64,000 nt of DNA from Octopus vulgaris (Eukaryota). Positions 39,404 to 53,689 of this stretch are shown here, in pieces. The notes beneath the pieces are model-generated. The model was not told where the DNA came from, did not search any database, and was given only the letters and a program-made list of their open reading frames with translations. The position numbers were made by a program, and so were the translations under genes. Numbering within the stretch: position 1 is the stretch's first letter; each line of letters begins with the position of its first letter. The stretch covers positions 140,368,001 to 140,432,000 of the forward strand of contig OX597814.1 in the NCBI GenBank assembly GCA_951406725.2, written 5' to 3'.

Positions 39404-41475
39404 GTATGTGTGTATATACAACTTGCAGACATGCGCATGTGCACACACACACACACACGCACACAAGTTGCAGGCATGGCTGTGTGGTTAAGATGCTTGC
39501 TTTCCAGCTACATGGTTTCAGGTTCAGTCCCATTGCATGGCACCTTGGGCAAATGTCTTCTACTATAGCATCTGGCCAACCAAAGCCAAAGCTTTGTGAG
39601 TAGACTTGGTATATGGAAACTGTGTGTGTCTATGTGTGCATGTATGTATGTATGTATGTGTGTGCATGCATGTATGTGTGTGTGTGTATGCATGTTTGTG
39701 TCTCCTTGTTTAAACATCATATGATAGTTGTAAATGAGTGTGGCCATCACACAAGCTTGTCATTCATTTCCAATCATATGTGTAAACAACTCCAATTTTG
39801 CAGAAATATTGGTCTCAAATGTTGGCACAAGACTAGCAATTTAAGGGGATGGAGCAAGTCGATTACATCAACCCCAGTGTTCAATTGACCCAGAAAGGAT
39901 GAAAGACAAAGTCAACTTCAGTGAGATTTGAATCTAGAAAGTAAAAAGACAGACAAAATGCTGCTAAGCATTTTCCCCAGCATGCAAACCATTCTGCCAC
40001 CTCATTGCCTTAACCATACAGAACTATCACCTTGATTACTGATGAGGGTTGATGATAGGAAGGGTATCAGGCCATAGAAAATCTGCTTCAATGAATTCCA
40101 CCTAACTCATGCTTGTATGGAAAAGTGGACATTATGATGATGACAAGGATGAGGATGATGACAGCACCATGTTAATAAATTGCTAGAATCACTCGACTAG
40201 AATATGCTAGAAAGATTCTCACAGTTTTTATCTTCTTTTAATTGTTTCAGTCATTGAACTACAGCCATGTTGGGGCACCACCTTGAAGGGTTTTAGCTGA
40301 ATTTTATGGATCCTAGTACTTATATTTTTTTCAAGTCTGGTACCTATTCTGTCAGTCCCTGTGACTGAACTGCTACGTTACAGGGAGGCAAACAAACCAA
40401 CACCAGTTGTCAAGCAATGGAGCAGGGGATACAATGCCCTACACACACACACACACACACTAGCAATGCATCCAGGTGTTGCCTGGGTGTTATGACATAT
40501 AGCTATATTGCATTATTTGTTCCTTTCTTATGGGCAGAATCAGTACAGCTGATATATAGTGAACTGGATTACTGGTGTAATGGAAGTAACAGTTTGTTTA
40601 AAAGTAAAGTAGGGAAGGTACAATTTGCATGGATTTGCATGAACGTGCTTTCTGCTCTTAAGAAGGATCACAAACTATGTATTGTTTCATTGTAGAAAAG
40701 GGGGTTAATATGATTTTGCCCAGAAATAACATTTTCAAAATTTTAGTTTCGCCCCTGTCCCCACAGCAATTTCTTAATTTGTAACTTTTTTACAAATTTT
40801 TTTATCCATGTAGAAAAATACAGAGATTACAAATTTGGGAAATATATATTTTTTTAAGGTTTAATTTTTCTTAAAGAAACACTCAATGCCCCTTCCTTCA
40901 CCTTGCACACCCATCACCTACTCTCTTTCAAAAGGCTAAAAATACCTGATGTTTTACTTTCATCTGATGTTTCATGCATGCATAGAATTGTACTGAAATA
41001 GCAGACATAAAAAATGTTAGAGTATCACCAGAAAACCCGGTGTGCTAGAAACAACAGCCTTCTGAGTGAATTTGGAAGGTGGAAACTGAAAGAAGCCTGT
41101 CATATATATGTGTGTATGTATGTGGGGGTGTATTTTTGTGTGTCTGTATTTGTCACCCCACCATCACTTAACAACCAATGTTGATGTGTTTACTTAGCAG
41201 TTTGGCAAAAGAGACTGATAGAATAAGTACTAAGTTTATAAAGAATAAGATCTGGGGTTGATTTCTTTGACTAAAAGGCAGTGGTCCATCATGTCTGCAG
41301 TCAAATGACAGAAACAAGTAAAAGAGTAAAAGAATATCTATATATTTAATGATGATGATGATGATGATGGTACACCTAGGTCATTTTTCTCAGTCATTTA
41401 TATATTTAGTGTCATTCCCCTCCTGTGTTCTGAGATCAAACCCAAACCAAGTTCAATATATTTCATGTTGTAGAG

Positions 41476-41885
41476 CTGTGGTTTTCAAGCAGGGTCCACA
41501 TGAAACCTTGCAGGTCCATTTAAGATTTTGTTCTTAAAATTTATGTGCAACAAATTGGTTATAATTCTACAATACACAAAATATTCTAATAATTTTTTAT
41601 ACAGTTCCTAATGATATTTACTGTATTTTAACGTGTATAAAGAACCCTTTTTTGTCAAAAATTAGGTTTAAAAAATATGGGAGTTTCTTGTACATGTATA
41701 GTATTATAATCCCTTACAAAACCATTTTTCCAAATTTTAAACCCCCAAAATTAGGGGGTTCCTTATACACATAGTTATAAAAATATAATATGACTTTTTT
41801 AAACATCGAATGGCTCTAAGGGTACACTTGAATAAAATAGAAATTAAAGGGGTCTATTGTTTAAAAAAATGGTTGAGAAGCACTG
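41476..41885. mobile_element. hAT-type MITE
   Basis: Degenerate TIRs 'ctgtggttttcaagc' and 'ggttgagaagcactg'; 8-bp TSD ttgtagag/ctgtagag. Confidence 0.75.
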
Positions 41886-42139
41886 CTGTAGAGCAATAAG
41901 GTGAGAATCAGGTGTGTACTGAAACCAATTCAGTTGACTAAAGCATTCAATACATTCTGTGAAGTGGTTGGTATTAGGAAGGGTAGCCAGCCATAGAAAC
42001 TATGTCAAAGCAGACATTGATATTTGACAAAGGTATCTTGTTCATTGGCTCCTGTCCAACTGTCCAACCCACAACAATATGGAAAATGGATGAGAAATGA
42101 TGATGGTGCCAGTGGTGACAATGATGATGATGATGATGA

Positions 42140-42340
42140 TAATTCTTTCTACTATAGGCACAGGGCCTGAAATTTTGGGGGAGATGGGGCCAATCGATTA
42201 GATTGACTCCAATATGCAACTGGTACTTAATTTATCGACCCTGAAAGGACGAAAGGCAAAGTTGACCTCGGCAGAATTTGAACTCTGAAACATAAGGACA
42301 GACGAAATACCGCTTAGCATTTCACTTGGCATGCTAACAC
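42140..42340 (-). mobile_element. Family-A SINE (further minus-strand copies at ~39815-40012, 49686-49915, 54908-55135, 56012-56230)
   Basis: Reverse complement of the family-A consensus 'ctggtacttaatttatcgaccc..aaaggatgaaaggcaaagtcgacc'. Confidence 0.85.
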
Positions 42341-43019
42341 TTAGCTAAGCCTGAAAGCAATGAAGTCATAAATCTCCTGATGGCTACAATAATGACAACT
42401 ATATAAGTATGAGTAGCATTCACATAAGATGTGGGAGTTGTTTATATCAAAACATGAATATTTTTCTAAAAGAAAATTATAAACACACAGCTGTCTACTA
42501 CTGAAAAAAAGAAACAAACAATGATGGGTTGCTTTGCAATGTATATTTGTCATGCATTATATGTGTGTGTGTGTGTGTGTGTAGGTCAGTGGCCAGCAGT
42601 AGAAGAGAATGATAGTCACTTGTATCAAGCTATTGTGGTGTGACAATGGAACTTAATTGAAATAATGGGAAAAATCCATCAGTAGGGTAGCTATATTCAA
42701 TCTTCTATCAATTAACGGCTAAAAGAAACAGAAGTTTTATCTCACACAGGAAATCGGTAAAATCTTATTATCTATAATATTAAAATATAATATTAATGTA
42801 TAGCATATATTTTGAAATGTTGATTTTGGTTGAAAATATTTTTCCAGGCATGGCTGTGTGGTTAAGAAGCTTGCTTTGCAACCATGTGGTTTGGGGTTCA
42901 GTCCTACAGTGTGGCACCTATAGCAAGTGTTTTCTTCTTCTATAGCCCCAGGCTGACTTATATAACCTTCTAAGGTTATATAAACAGTAACTTATATAAC
43001 CTTCTAATTCTATGATACA

Positions 43020-43373
43020 AACCTTCTGTTTTAAAATGATCTAAATTTCATGTTAGTTTATGGTTCAAACACCAGCTTAAAAGCGAAAGTGTTATTTTAC
43101 TAAATTCTTCATTATTTTCAAAACTAATTGAAACAAAGGCAGTATATTGTAACAAAAGGGTTAAAGTGATCTAAATTGATACCTTCCATCAAAATTTCAT
43201 GTTAATTTATGATTCAAACTTCAACTTAATAATGAAAGTGTTATTTTACTAATTGAAACAAGGGAAGTCTATTTTAACAGATATATGGCAACAAAAGTGT
43301 TAAATTCCATCAAAATTTCACATTAATTTATGGTTCAAACACCAACTTAATAATAACAGGAATGTTATTTTAT

Positions 43374-43440
<67 letters not shown>

Positions 43441-43880
43441 CTGAAGTTGTCTGTGTGTGTGTGGTAGGTTTGGTAGCCTTCAACTAACACTATCTCCTCC
43501 GAGACCCTGCGGTGCAAGTTGACCAAAATTGAGAGTATGATAGAAGGCTTGCTCTTCATTCCATAGAAGAAAAAATTCAAATCAGACCATGTTAACACCA
43601 AAAATTATTTACATCAAAAAGGTGCTTTTTTTTCTATGAAAATCCCTATTTCTTACGATTGTTTGACTACTGTGTCACCATTTTTCGGTGTATTTCAACC
43701 AAAAAAAATGTTCACTTAAAGAGAATAACAAGCTACATAATGCAAAGTTTTTACTTTTCCAAAATTCCAATCCTAAAGGGTCGAAAAGAAAACAAACCTG
43801 TTAGTTATTCATTATTTTCAAAATTAATTGAAAGAAAAGCAATATATTTAAACAAAACTATAGTAACAAATGTGTTAAGT
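43020..43880. repeat. Degenerate tandem pieces of a TTAA-ended MITE, interrupted by a Helitron-like element (~43430-43800)
   Basis: Repeated 'atcaaaatttcatgttaatttatg.ttcaaacacc.acttaa...aacaaaagggttaa', related to the reverse complement of 47310-47529. Confidence 0.6.
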
Positions 43881-44832
43881 TGATAAAAAAAGCAGATATG
43901 TGGTTGCCATTCCTAGAAGTTTATGTGACTATGTAGAGTCTCCCTAGTTGAGCTTGGAACTCACTAGAATAAACTAGAACATACTGGATAGAAACGAAAT
44001 ATAAAAAAACAACATAGTATGCATGTTTATATCAGAGAAAAAAAATCAACCCTTAACCATTACCACTACAATCTAACTAATAAAAGTCTCCTTAAGACTG
44101 CTGCTTACAATAGTGAGCTGTACTTTATGATATATACAGTGATTAGAAAAGTAGTTTGAGAGAAGAGATGAGAAGTTACATAGACAAAGATGTTTCAGTG
44201 TACCTAAGACAGCAATAGATATGTACTTTTAGTAAGATGAAGATGAGATAGTAAACAACTTCGAACAACAAGAATCTCAAGATGAAATATCACACAAGAC
44301 TTTTTTTGCCTCCATGGGCGTGAAAACTGTAAATAATAAAGAATCAAAGGTATTGTGTTTACAGATGAAATGGCTGATGGGAGGTGGCGGGAAGGAAGAA
44401 GCAGGGGTAAAAGTTGTAGAGCATGAAGAGGAACTTAGTGGAGAAGAAGAAGAAGAGGAGGAGGAGGAGGTGGTGGTGGTGGTGGTAGTGGTAGTAGTAG
44501 TAGTAGTAGTAGTAGTAGGGGGCAGGGGGAGGGCAAAAATAGTAGATTGTCTGAATATCTAACCAAGCACTGCAATGCTTCAGATTTATATAGAGAAATG
44601 GTATGCAATGGTGTTCATACCCTTTATAAGATCATTTGCAGTGTAACTAGAATGAAATGTTTGTCTTAAGTGGAAATCCCAAATTCTGTCACGAGCTGGA
44701 AGCCTAAATCCAAGTTGTAAGGGAAAGTTATGAAGCAAAAATTAATTAACAAATTAAGAAACAATACCAGTAGCATATGACATAATTCTTTACTCCATAA
44801 TTTAGAATTAATTATTTAGTTTTAGTTATTAA

Positions 44833-45215
44833 CTAGCAGTATCGCCCGGCGTTGCTCGGGTTTGTAAGGGAAATAACTATAAAGCATTTTTAGAGAGTTA
44901 TAGCCAAAAAATAGCAAAAAAATGGGAAAAAAATTATGGTAAATTTTTTTGAGAGTTAAAAAGGTCGAGTTGCGTCCCCTAGACAGTCTGTGGTTTGTGT
45001 TTCTGATTCTCGACCCCATGTCGAATTTATCGATTTTTTTCAGAACTGGGGGAACTTTTCAAAATTTTCGCTGCGTTAGTTTTGAATTATGACATTGGGC
45101 TATGTGTGTGTCAAGTTTCATCAGAATCGGTTGAAAGCCGTGGTCAGGGTGAGGGTACAACCTAACAGACACACAGACACGCACACAGACAAACTGCCGT
45201 TTATATAGAGAGAGA
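44833..45215 (-). mobile_element. Non-autonomous Helitron
   Basis: Reverse complement of 30290-30675; TC...cccgagcaacgccggg...CTAG, with an A|T insertion site. Confidence 0.88.
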
Positions 45216-46049
45216 TTACTACATAAAAAAGTACTGGTGCTAGTGTCAGATAAAAAGCACTGGTGATAGTACCATGTAAAAAGCACCCAGTATACTGTGT
45301 AAAGTGGTTGGCATTAGGAAGGGCATCCAGCCATAGAAACCTGGTGTGGCTCCTGGCCTTGCCAGTTCCTCCAACCCATGCCAGCATGGAAAACAGATGT
45401 TAAATGACAAAGTGATGATGATGATGAGGAGGAGGTGGGGTGGAAGGGGAGGAAGAGGATAGGCACAGGAAGTAATTAAAATTTTTATTTGCAGTTTTTA
45501 AGATCTCTGTTGTTGCTAAGATAAGCACAGCCTTGCTCTTCTGCCCCCACTTACTTCTACTTACCTTGAAGGTCCTTACAGGCACCTAACCACCACTATT
45601 TTTATCTCTTCCCCCACACTGCCCTGATTGCCACTCAACCCTCACTTCTAAAATGTGAGAAGCTGTGTAGACCCTCTTACAGCTAGAAACCTATTCTGCT
45701 TGGGCCCTTTATGTTATACCTTAACCCCCTCATCTCCAAACAAAGCCTCTTCTCTCAGGGTGTGTAGCCTTGCTAGTTACAAGGGGACCTCACTAGTGCT
45801 GGTGGCATGAAGAAAACACTGTAAAATGGTTGGCACAAGAAAGGGACATCCAGCTTTTGAAATCATACCAAAACAGACAGTGGAGCACAATGTAGTCCTC
45901 TGACCTGTTGGATACTTTCAAATTGTCCAATTCATGGTTGGTATGGAATATGGATGTTAAATGAGATTATGATGAATATGATGATGGTATTTAGTAGTGG
46001 GTCAGATGTGATCTGGCAGACATAACCATCTCATCATGTTATTTTTTCA

Positions 46050-46576
46050 GACATAGTCCCACTGCATGGTAAGTTTCTTCTACTATAGCTTTGGGCCACC
46101 AAAACCTAGGGAGTGGATTTAGTAGATGAAAACTAAAAGAAGCCCATCATATATATATATATATATATCATCATCATCATCATCATTTAGTGTCCGCTTT
46201 CCATGCTAGCATGGGTTGGACGGTTCAACTGGGGTCTGTGAAGCCAGAAGGCTGCATCAGGCCCAGTCTGATCTGGCAGTGTTTCTACGGCTGGATGCCC
46301 TTCCTAACGCCAACCACTCCGTGAGTGTAGTGGGTGCTTTTTATGTGCCACCCGCACAGGTGCCAGACGGAGCTGGCAAACGGCCACGGACGGATGGCGC
46401 TTTTGATGTGCCACTGGCCACGATCGGATGGTGCTTTTTACGTGCCACCAGCACGGGGGCCAGGTGGGGCTGGCAACGGCCACGAACGGATGGTTCCTTT
46501 TACGTGCCACCGGCACGGAGGCCAGTCGGGGCGGCGCTAGCAACGACCACAATTGGATGGTTCGCTTACTTGTCAC

Positions 46577-46615
<39 letters not shown>

Positions 46616-47015
46616 TGTATATATGTATTCATTAGCCACCAATGGAACTGCAATTGCAAAATATAAGTTAGTCCTAGAGCACACAATGATCTTCCTCGGT
46701 CACGAGTGGATGGCCATCATCATCATGATGTATATGTATGTATATATATAAGCAACCAGGGTTACCGGGTAAGCAACCTGGCAACCTTGGTTTGTGTGTG
46801 TTTGTGTGTATTTGTCCTCCCATCACCACTGACAGCTGGTGTTGGTATGTTTACATTCCCATAACCTAGCAGTTCAGCAAAAGACACTGATAGAATAAAG
46901 CACTAGGCTTAAAATATAAGTCCTGGGGTTGATTGATTTGACTAAAAACTCTTTAAGGTGGTGCTCCAGCATGGCCGCAGTCAAAAGAATGAAATAAGTA
47001 AAAAAATAAAAGAAT
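46050..47015 (+). mobile_element. Family-B SINE with an RTE 3' UTR (46168-46565, minus strand) inserted in its internal (TA)n
   Basis: SINE 5' part at 46050-46150 and 3' part at 46790-47015, with the (CAT)n-tailed RTE UTR between them. Confidence 0.82.
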
Positions 47016-47309
47016 AGTTTTTCTTGGACTACATAAACCAATGTGTGATTTTTCAGATTTTAAGATAATAAGCAGTTGTAATCTGTGAGGTGTGTGTGGC
47101 TGCTATTTCTAACAGGCTTAATGACTGTGCAGAGGATTCCTTGAGAGGTGCAATGGCAGAAACAGTAGAATGTGCTGAAGAAGCTCACTTTACAATCAAG
47201 TGGTTTCAGCTTCAATCCCAATGTGTGACACCTTGGGTTAAAAATCTTCTCATATAGCCTCAAGCCAACCAATGGCAGTTTCAGCCACTTTATCAAGTTT
47301 TCTAATTAA

Positions 47310-47529
47310 CCCTTTCATTACTGTATTTATTTTGAGATGCTCTGTGTTTCTTTCAATTACTTTAAATATAACAAAGAATTTAGTAAAATAACTTAGCTAT
47401 CATTAAGCTAGTGTTAGGAACATAAATTGTGACTAAGGTTTGGTGGAAGATTTTAATTCAAAACTTATGGAAACAAGACATTTGTACTCAGAGTGAGAGC
47501 CAATTTCAGCCAGGTTGGTAACAAAAGGG
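47310..47529. mobile_element. piggyBac-like MITE
   Basis: TTAA on both sides (47306-47309, 47530-47533); TIRs ccctttcattac and gtaacaaaaggg. Confidence 0.78.
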
Positions 47530-47533
47530 TTAA

Positions 47534-48400
47534 CGCATTTGCTGGAATACATGATGCACCCTTGTATAAGATACCCCTACCCCTATTTTGCAAGTTGTGG
47601 AAAAATCAAAATTAGTAAGTTTCATCATACACTTATTCAAACATATTTTAAGAAAAATATATGATTCTGTACATGTAAATACAATTCCATGGCAGTATAC
47701 TGAAATAAAATATGGAACTATAAATTTATAATTTATAAACTATGTTATATGAATTAGTAAGGGAATTGCCATTACAGGGTGTAAAAAACTCATATTTTTG
47801 ACTTTGATATTTTATATTACTACAATTAGCTGCCAAGGTGTTGCACCACTGCTATGTTTCTGTTGTCATCCACTCATTGCAAATAACTGATCGGCAAATG
47901 AAAGTTTAACATTCCTTTCAACATTTTCAAAGGATTTTTATTTAAATAATGTGCAGGCAATATGGTTGTGGTTTAGAACAGAGAGACAACAGAGTAACAC
48001 TGTTAGTAGGAGAGGTTGGGAAGGTGATTAAAAAATGTTTCTTAAAGTTAACACAGTCATTAAACAGCATACACAAGCCCCACCTGATTATGCTGGGGCT
48101 CATGTATGCTGGAGAAGATGTAATGAAATTACATGACCTCTCCATATAACTGCTGACATACCATATACAATTTTTCATGACATATCATAAGCAGTTTTCT
48201 AAACAGATGTTTTGGCTCGTTTCCAATATTTATTATTAGTAACAATTGTTGTGCTAAGTGGACTCATGCTTATACACCTCGTAAGCCCTCATACAGCATA
48301 CAATCTCCCATCTGTAATATGGCCACTTTAGATGCAGGGCAACTTTTTGATGTATTCAAAAATAAAGAAAAGCACATCTTATACACCAGCAAATGTGGTT
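47534..48400. mobile_element. Decayed pogo/Tigger-like element
   Basis: Degenerate inverted ends 'cgcatttgctggaatacatgatgcac' and 'gcacatcttatacaccagcaaatgtgg'. Confidence 0.55.
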
Positions 48401-48766
48401 AATAAACCAGATTAATAGTCTTTGATGAAGAATACAAAAAGGTTTTTTTTATATAAAAATTGAATACATAACCTACATCCAAGTAGTCATAACGTAAATC
48501 ACATTGTAGCTAATCAGACTGTGTTAATTATATTAATTGGATATTTTTTTTAAACAAAACATTATTTTATCCTAAAAGCTAAATAAAATCTGGCTTGACT
48601 TTGAGAAAAACAGGTTCTGCTTTTGATTATTAAATAGTTCAAACACTTTATTAGTTTGTTTCCTTTTGTTCTAAATAACTGATAGCAAGCAGGCCAGAGG
48701 TACTTTTCCTCAGGCTTGTAGATTTATAAATATGTAGATTATTGCAATTAAATATATCTATTATCT

Positions 48767-48836
<70 letters not shown>

Positions 48837-50388
48837 TTACTTGTGTGAAACAAAGCAACGAAAGAGCTTCTGCGTAGTTGTTCAACTTGCTAGAAAAAAA
48901 AGAACAAACAAAAGAAAAAGTCAAACCATTCAAAAGTCATGAAAAAAGGAAGGTCAGATTTTCAATAATAGTCCTGAGTAAGCTATACATTGCCAGAAAA
49001 CCAGACAGGATGCTCATGGTTGGAATGCTTTAACCATAGGCCAAGTAATTGTGTACCAGCTAAATAGCAACTACTGATACATAACTATATAGGTACACAA
49101 TGGTTTCATGGGATATAGTTATGTAATGTGTTAGTGTGAATCTGATAAGAAAAAAAAAGCAAGACTAATGTTGAAAACTTGGCATTAGCCACAACCATCA
49201 CTATGTGTGAGTGCGAGCATATTATCATCATCATCATTATTTGATGTCTGTTTAACATGCTGGCATGGGTTGGATGGTTTGACTGAAAACTAGTAAACCA
49301 GGAAGCTGCAACAGGCTCTAGTCTGATTTGGCATGGTTTCTACAGCTGGATGCCCTTCCTAATGCCAACCACTCTGAGAGTGTAGTGGGTGTTTTTTTTT
49401 TTACATGCCACCAGCACAGGTGCCATTGCCTTGACACTAGCATTGGCCACGACTAGTCTCACTTGGTTTGACAGGTCTACACAAGCATGGTATATCACCA
49501 AAGATTTTGGTCACCTGTCTCTGCCTTCATGAGGCCCAATGCTTGAACAGTGCATTTACATGTCACCGGCATGGGTGCCTGTCAGACGGCACTGGCATCG
49601 GCCACAACTACAATTTCACTCAGTTCAACAGGTCTTCACAAGCACAGCATATCGCCCAACTTTTGAAGCGTGCTTTTAACATACCTATTTCTTTACTACC
49701 CACAAGGGGCTAAACACAGAGAGAACAAACAAGGACAGACAAACGGATTAAGTCGATTATATCAACCCCAGTGCGTAACTGGTACTTATTTAATCGACCC
49801 CGAAAGGATGAAAGGCAAAGTCGACCTCAGCGGAATTTGAACTCAGAACGTAGCAGCAGACGAAATATCACTAAGCATTTCGCCCGGCGTGCTACCGTTT
49901 CTGCCAGCTCGCCGACTTATACCAGTTACATGACACTGGCATCAGCCATGACAACATCTCAATGCATATATATATGAATTTAAATACTAGAGACTCTATA
50001 AGACTTTGGGGGTCCATATAAGATTTTTGGGTTCCACACAATAGTATTTTAAGTGACCCTGATAAAATTTTGCTTTAAATGTATATATTAGTATTTATTG
50101 CAAGAAGCAGTCGGGTTACTTTCTCTGACATTTTACATAATTCAACCTGCACATGTTAATAATGTGTGAAAAACAAAATAGGAATTTTGAAAGAAGTTTC
50201 TCTAAAACTAGATTTTAAACATCGAATGGCTAAGGGTATCCACCAGAATAAAATAGTAATCAAAAATAAAAAAAATCAAAGATAAAGTAATCAACGATAA
50301 AAAAAATGGATAAAAAATGGTTGAGAAACACTGTGCTAAAGGGTTAATGTAGGGGCAAGGTGTTGCATCGTCAGTAAGTAATACATTT

Positions 50389-50738
50389 ATTACCTCTGCC
50401 TTAGCAAAGGTAGAGGTATTGCTTTCAGTTGTGTTTGTTTGTCCATGGACAAGATATCTCAAGAACCACTGGACGGATTTGAATGAAATTTTCAGGGATG
50501 CTTGGCCTCACGACTGGCATGAACTGCTTAGATATTGGGATTGATCTGGTACTGGACAAGTATTCTGGATTATTTTCCCAGTTTTTCTACTTAATTTTTG
50601 AGAGCAGTTGGGTTCATTTTTAGTATTCTTGTTTGTGAGAGCAGTAGAGTTTATTTCAGATATTCTCATTTTAAAAATCATCTCTGGCTAATCGTTGGTG
50701 TTGCCTTGGTGGAGGTTTGCACTCTCTGAGTGCTCGTT
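50389..50738 (+). mobile_element. Helentron/DINE-1-like non-autonomous element
   Basis: 5' 'attacctctgcc ttagcaa aggtagaggt', subterminal inverted repeat 'ggtggaggt' near the 3' end, then hairpin 'gcactc tct gagtgc'. Confidence 0.7.
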
Positions 50739-51499
50739 TACAATCGATATACATGTAGACAACTGACCAGGTGGTTAGAGTGTTGGACTCACAATCATAA
50801 AATTGTGGGGCTTGATTTCTGGATTGTGTCCTTAAGTAAGGCAGCTAATTTTACAATGCTCCAATCAACTAAGCTGAAAATGAATACTAGCTCAGTACTG
50901 GTCCAACCTCTCTCCCTCCACCGTCCACTTCCTAGGTCAAGATTACAAGGGATGACTAGAGGCTTTATGTCTGATTCTGACTATAATGCCACTTGTAGTA
51001 TAAGCTGCCACCTCATACTTGTTTGTACATGATAGCTAAGCATGAGTGTGTGTGTGTGTGTGTTTACTAATGCATATTGGTAAAAAATGTAAGCATTATT
51101 GAAAAAGTAAAACACTGGTACTTTTAAATAAAAGTACAATTTAATTTGGTATTTGCTTTGCACCATGCTGCATAGACAGTCTCTTGTCACTCTCACTGGC
51201 AGGACCACACTGAAACCAATGATTGGTTCATTGGAAGATTACTAACCAATGTAATTATTGTTCACAGATTGCAATGTGAGTATACAAAATAAATAAATAA
51301 ACAGGTATGAAAATGTATTAACAATGGATGCTATGTGTTGGTTGAACAAGTGCCAAAATTTAGGAGTTAATAAAATGCTGAGGACGCAAAAGAGGTGAAA
51401 AATAGATTTCTAGATATGATGTAGGCCCTGGTATGACTGTGTGGTTAAGAAGTTCACTTTGCAACCATATGGTTTCAGGTTCGGTCCCACTGAGTGATT

Positions 51500-51893
51500 C
51501 CTTTCTTTTATTTGTTTCAGTCATTTGACTGTGGCCATGCTGGAGCACCGCCTTTAGTCAAGCAAATCGACCCCAGGACTTATTTTTTGTAAGCCTAGTA
51601 CTTATTCTATCGGTCTTTTTTGCCGAACTGCTAAGTTACAGGGATGTAAACACACCAGCATCAGTTGTCAAGCGATGTTGGGGGGGACAAACACAGACAC
51701 ACACAAACACACACATATATATATATACATATATATATGACGGGCTTCTTTCAGTTTCCATCTACCAAATCCACTCACAAGGCTTTGGTCAGTTCAAGGT
51801 TATATTAGAAGACACTTGATTAAGGTGCCATGCAGTGTGACTGGACCCGAAACCATGTGGTTTGTAAGCAAGCTACTTACCACACAGCCACTC
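51500..51893 (-). mobile_element. Full-length family-B SINE inserted into an oppositely oriented SINE (head 51420-51492, continuation 51893-51985)
   Basis: Reverse complement of 29317-29714; the host SINE resumes at 'ccttggacaagtgt'. Confidence 0.88.
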
Positions 51894-53332
51894 CTTGGAC
51901 AAGTGTATTTTGCTATAGCCCCAGATCTACCAATGTCTTGTGACTGAATTTGGTAGGCAGGATCCACATGGAAGCCTGTTGTGTATGCGCATGTACATGT
52001 GTGTTTGTGTGTGTGTGTGTATGTGTGTGTGTGTGCATGTATGTATGTATATGTATGCGTGTGCATGTATGTATGTATGTGTGCATGTATGTATGGTGTG
52101 CATGTATGTATGTGTGTGCATGTATGTATGTGTGTATGTGTGTGTGCATGTATGTATATGTATGAGTGTGTGTGTGTGCGTGCATGTATGTGTGCATGTA
52201 TGTATATATGTGCATGTGTGTGTGTGTGTAAGTGAAGGTGTGTGACCTAGTGGTTAGGCTGTTGCACTCATAATTGCCAGATTCCCTGACTAAATGACGC
52301 ATTGTGTTCTTGAGCAAAGCACTTCATTTCACATTGCTCTAGTCCCTCTTCGATGAGAGGGAGATTGTTGGCCTGCTTGCCCTACCAGCAGGATAACATC
52401 ATTTGAAGGTTAATACAATGCAAAAGCGCATTGTGACCAGCAATGCGTAATAACATCTGATAGTCTGGTCAATCACGTGACATATCACATGATCATGTGA
52501 TATATGTGTGTGTGTATATGTGTGTGTGTATATGTGTATGCGTGCTTTGTGTTTGTGTTTGCCCCACCACCATCACTTGACAAGCAGTGTTGGTTTGTTT
52601 ACATCCCTATTGCAGTTCATCAACAGAGACCAACAGAATAAGTACCAAAATTTTAAGAATTTAAAAGATAAATTATGTCATTTGTAAACAAACATAAGTT
52701 TGTTTTTGAAGCCCTGAAATGGATTGCTGATATATTTTTCTGCTCTGTAAGGATTTTACCCTATATAAGCTGTTCTATCAGTAGTTACACATTGAAAAAT
52801 ATATCTTTCTACTTGTTCTACAATACATTTCAGCACTTCCAAAACAAACTTTTTTTTTTGTTTACATATGACATATATGTATGAGAGATGAGGTGACTCT
52901 GACTGTGTATATGATGATGGTGGTGGTGGCAGTAATCAGTGATAAAAAAATGGATAAAAAATGGTTGAGAAACGCTGTGCTAAAGGGTTAATGTAGGGGC
53001 AAGGTGTTGTATCATCAGTAAGTAATACATTTATTACCTCCACCTTAGCAAAGGTAGAGGTATTGTTTTCAGTTGTGTTTGTGTTTGTTTGTCCATGAAC
53101 AAAATATCTCAAGAACCGCTGGATGGATTTGAATTTTCAGGGATGCTTGGCCTCATGACTGGCATGAACTGATTAGATACCTTGGACAAGTGTCTTCTAC
53201 TATAGCCCCAGATGAATGACGCTACCCTGCTCGTAGGGCAAGCAGGCCAACATTAGATATAATAGAAATATTATATTTGGTGTTTCTGGATGACTTTATA
53301 AGTTCTAAAATTGCAGAAGAATTTTTCAGTAA

Positions 53333-53404
53333 AGTAGTTTAGTTTAATGGTAGAGCACTTGACTGGAAATCAAAGGGATTTGAGTTTGATTTACATGGCT
53401 GGTT
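53333..53404 (+). pseudogene. Decayed tRNA-like sequence (tRNA pseudogene or SINE head)
   Basis: D-arm 'tagtttaatggtagagc', anticodon arm ttga-ctGGAaa-tcaa, degenerate T-arm 'gagtttgattt'. A partial duplicate lies at ~53622-53667. Confidence 0.5.
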
Positions 53405-53689
53405 GCTGACAGATTTTTCTGCTCTGTAAGGATTTTATCCTATGTATGCTGTTCTATCAATAGTTACGCATTGAAAAATATATCTTTCTACTTATACTAT
53501 AATACATTTCAGCGCTTCAAAAACAAACTTTTTTTTGTTTACATATGACGTACTTTATATTATATCTAGCACTTCTGGATGACTTTGTAAGTTCTAAAAT
53601 TGCAGAAGAATTTTTCGGTAAAGTAGTTTAGTTTAATGGTAGAATGTTTGATTCTCATAGCTGGTTGCTGATAGATTTTTCTGCTCTGG

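Noticed and set aside
40538-40617. Possible plus-strand exon SVQLIYSELDYWCNGSNSLFKSKVGK
   Set aside because: The acceptor is plausible, but the donor is weak, there is no recognisable homology and no neighbouring exons.
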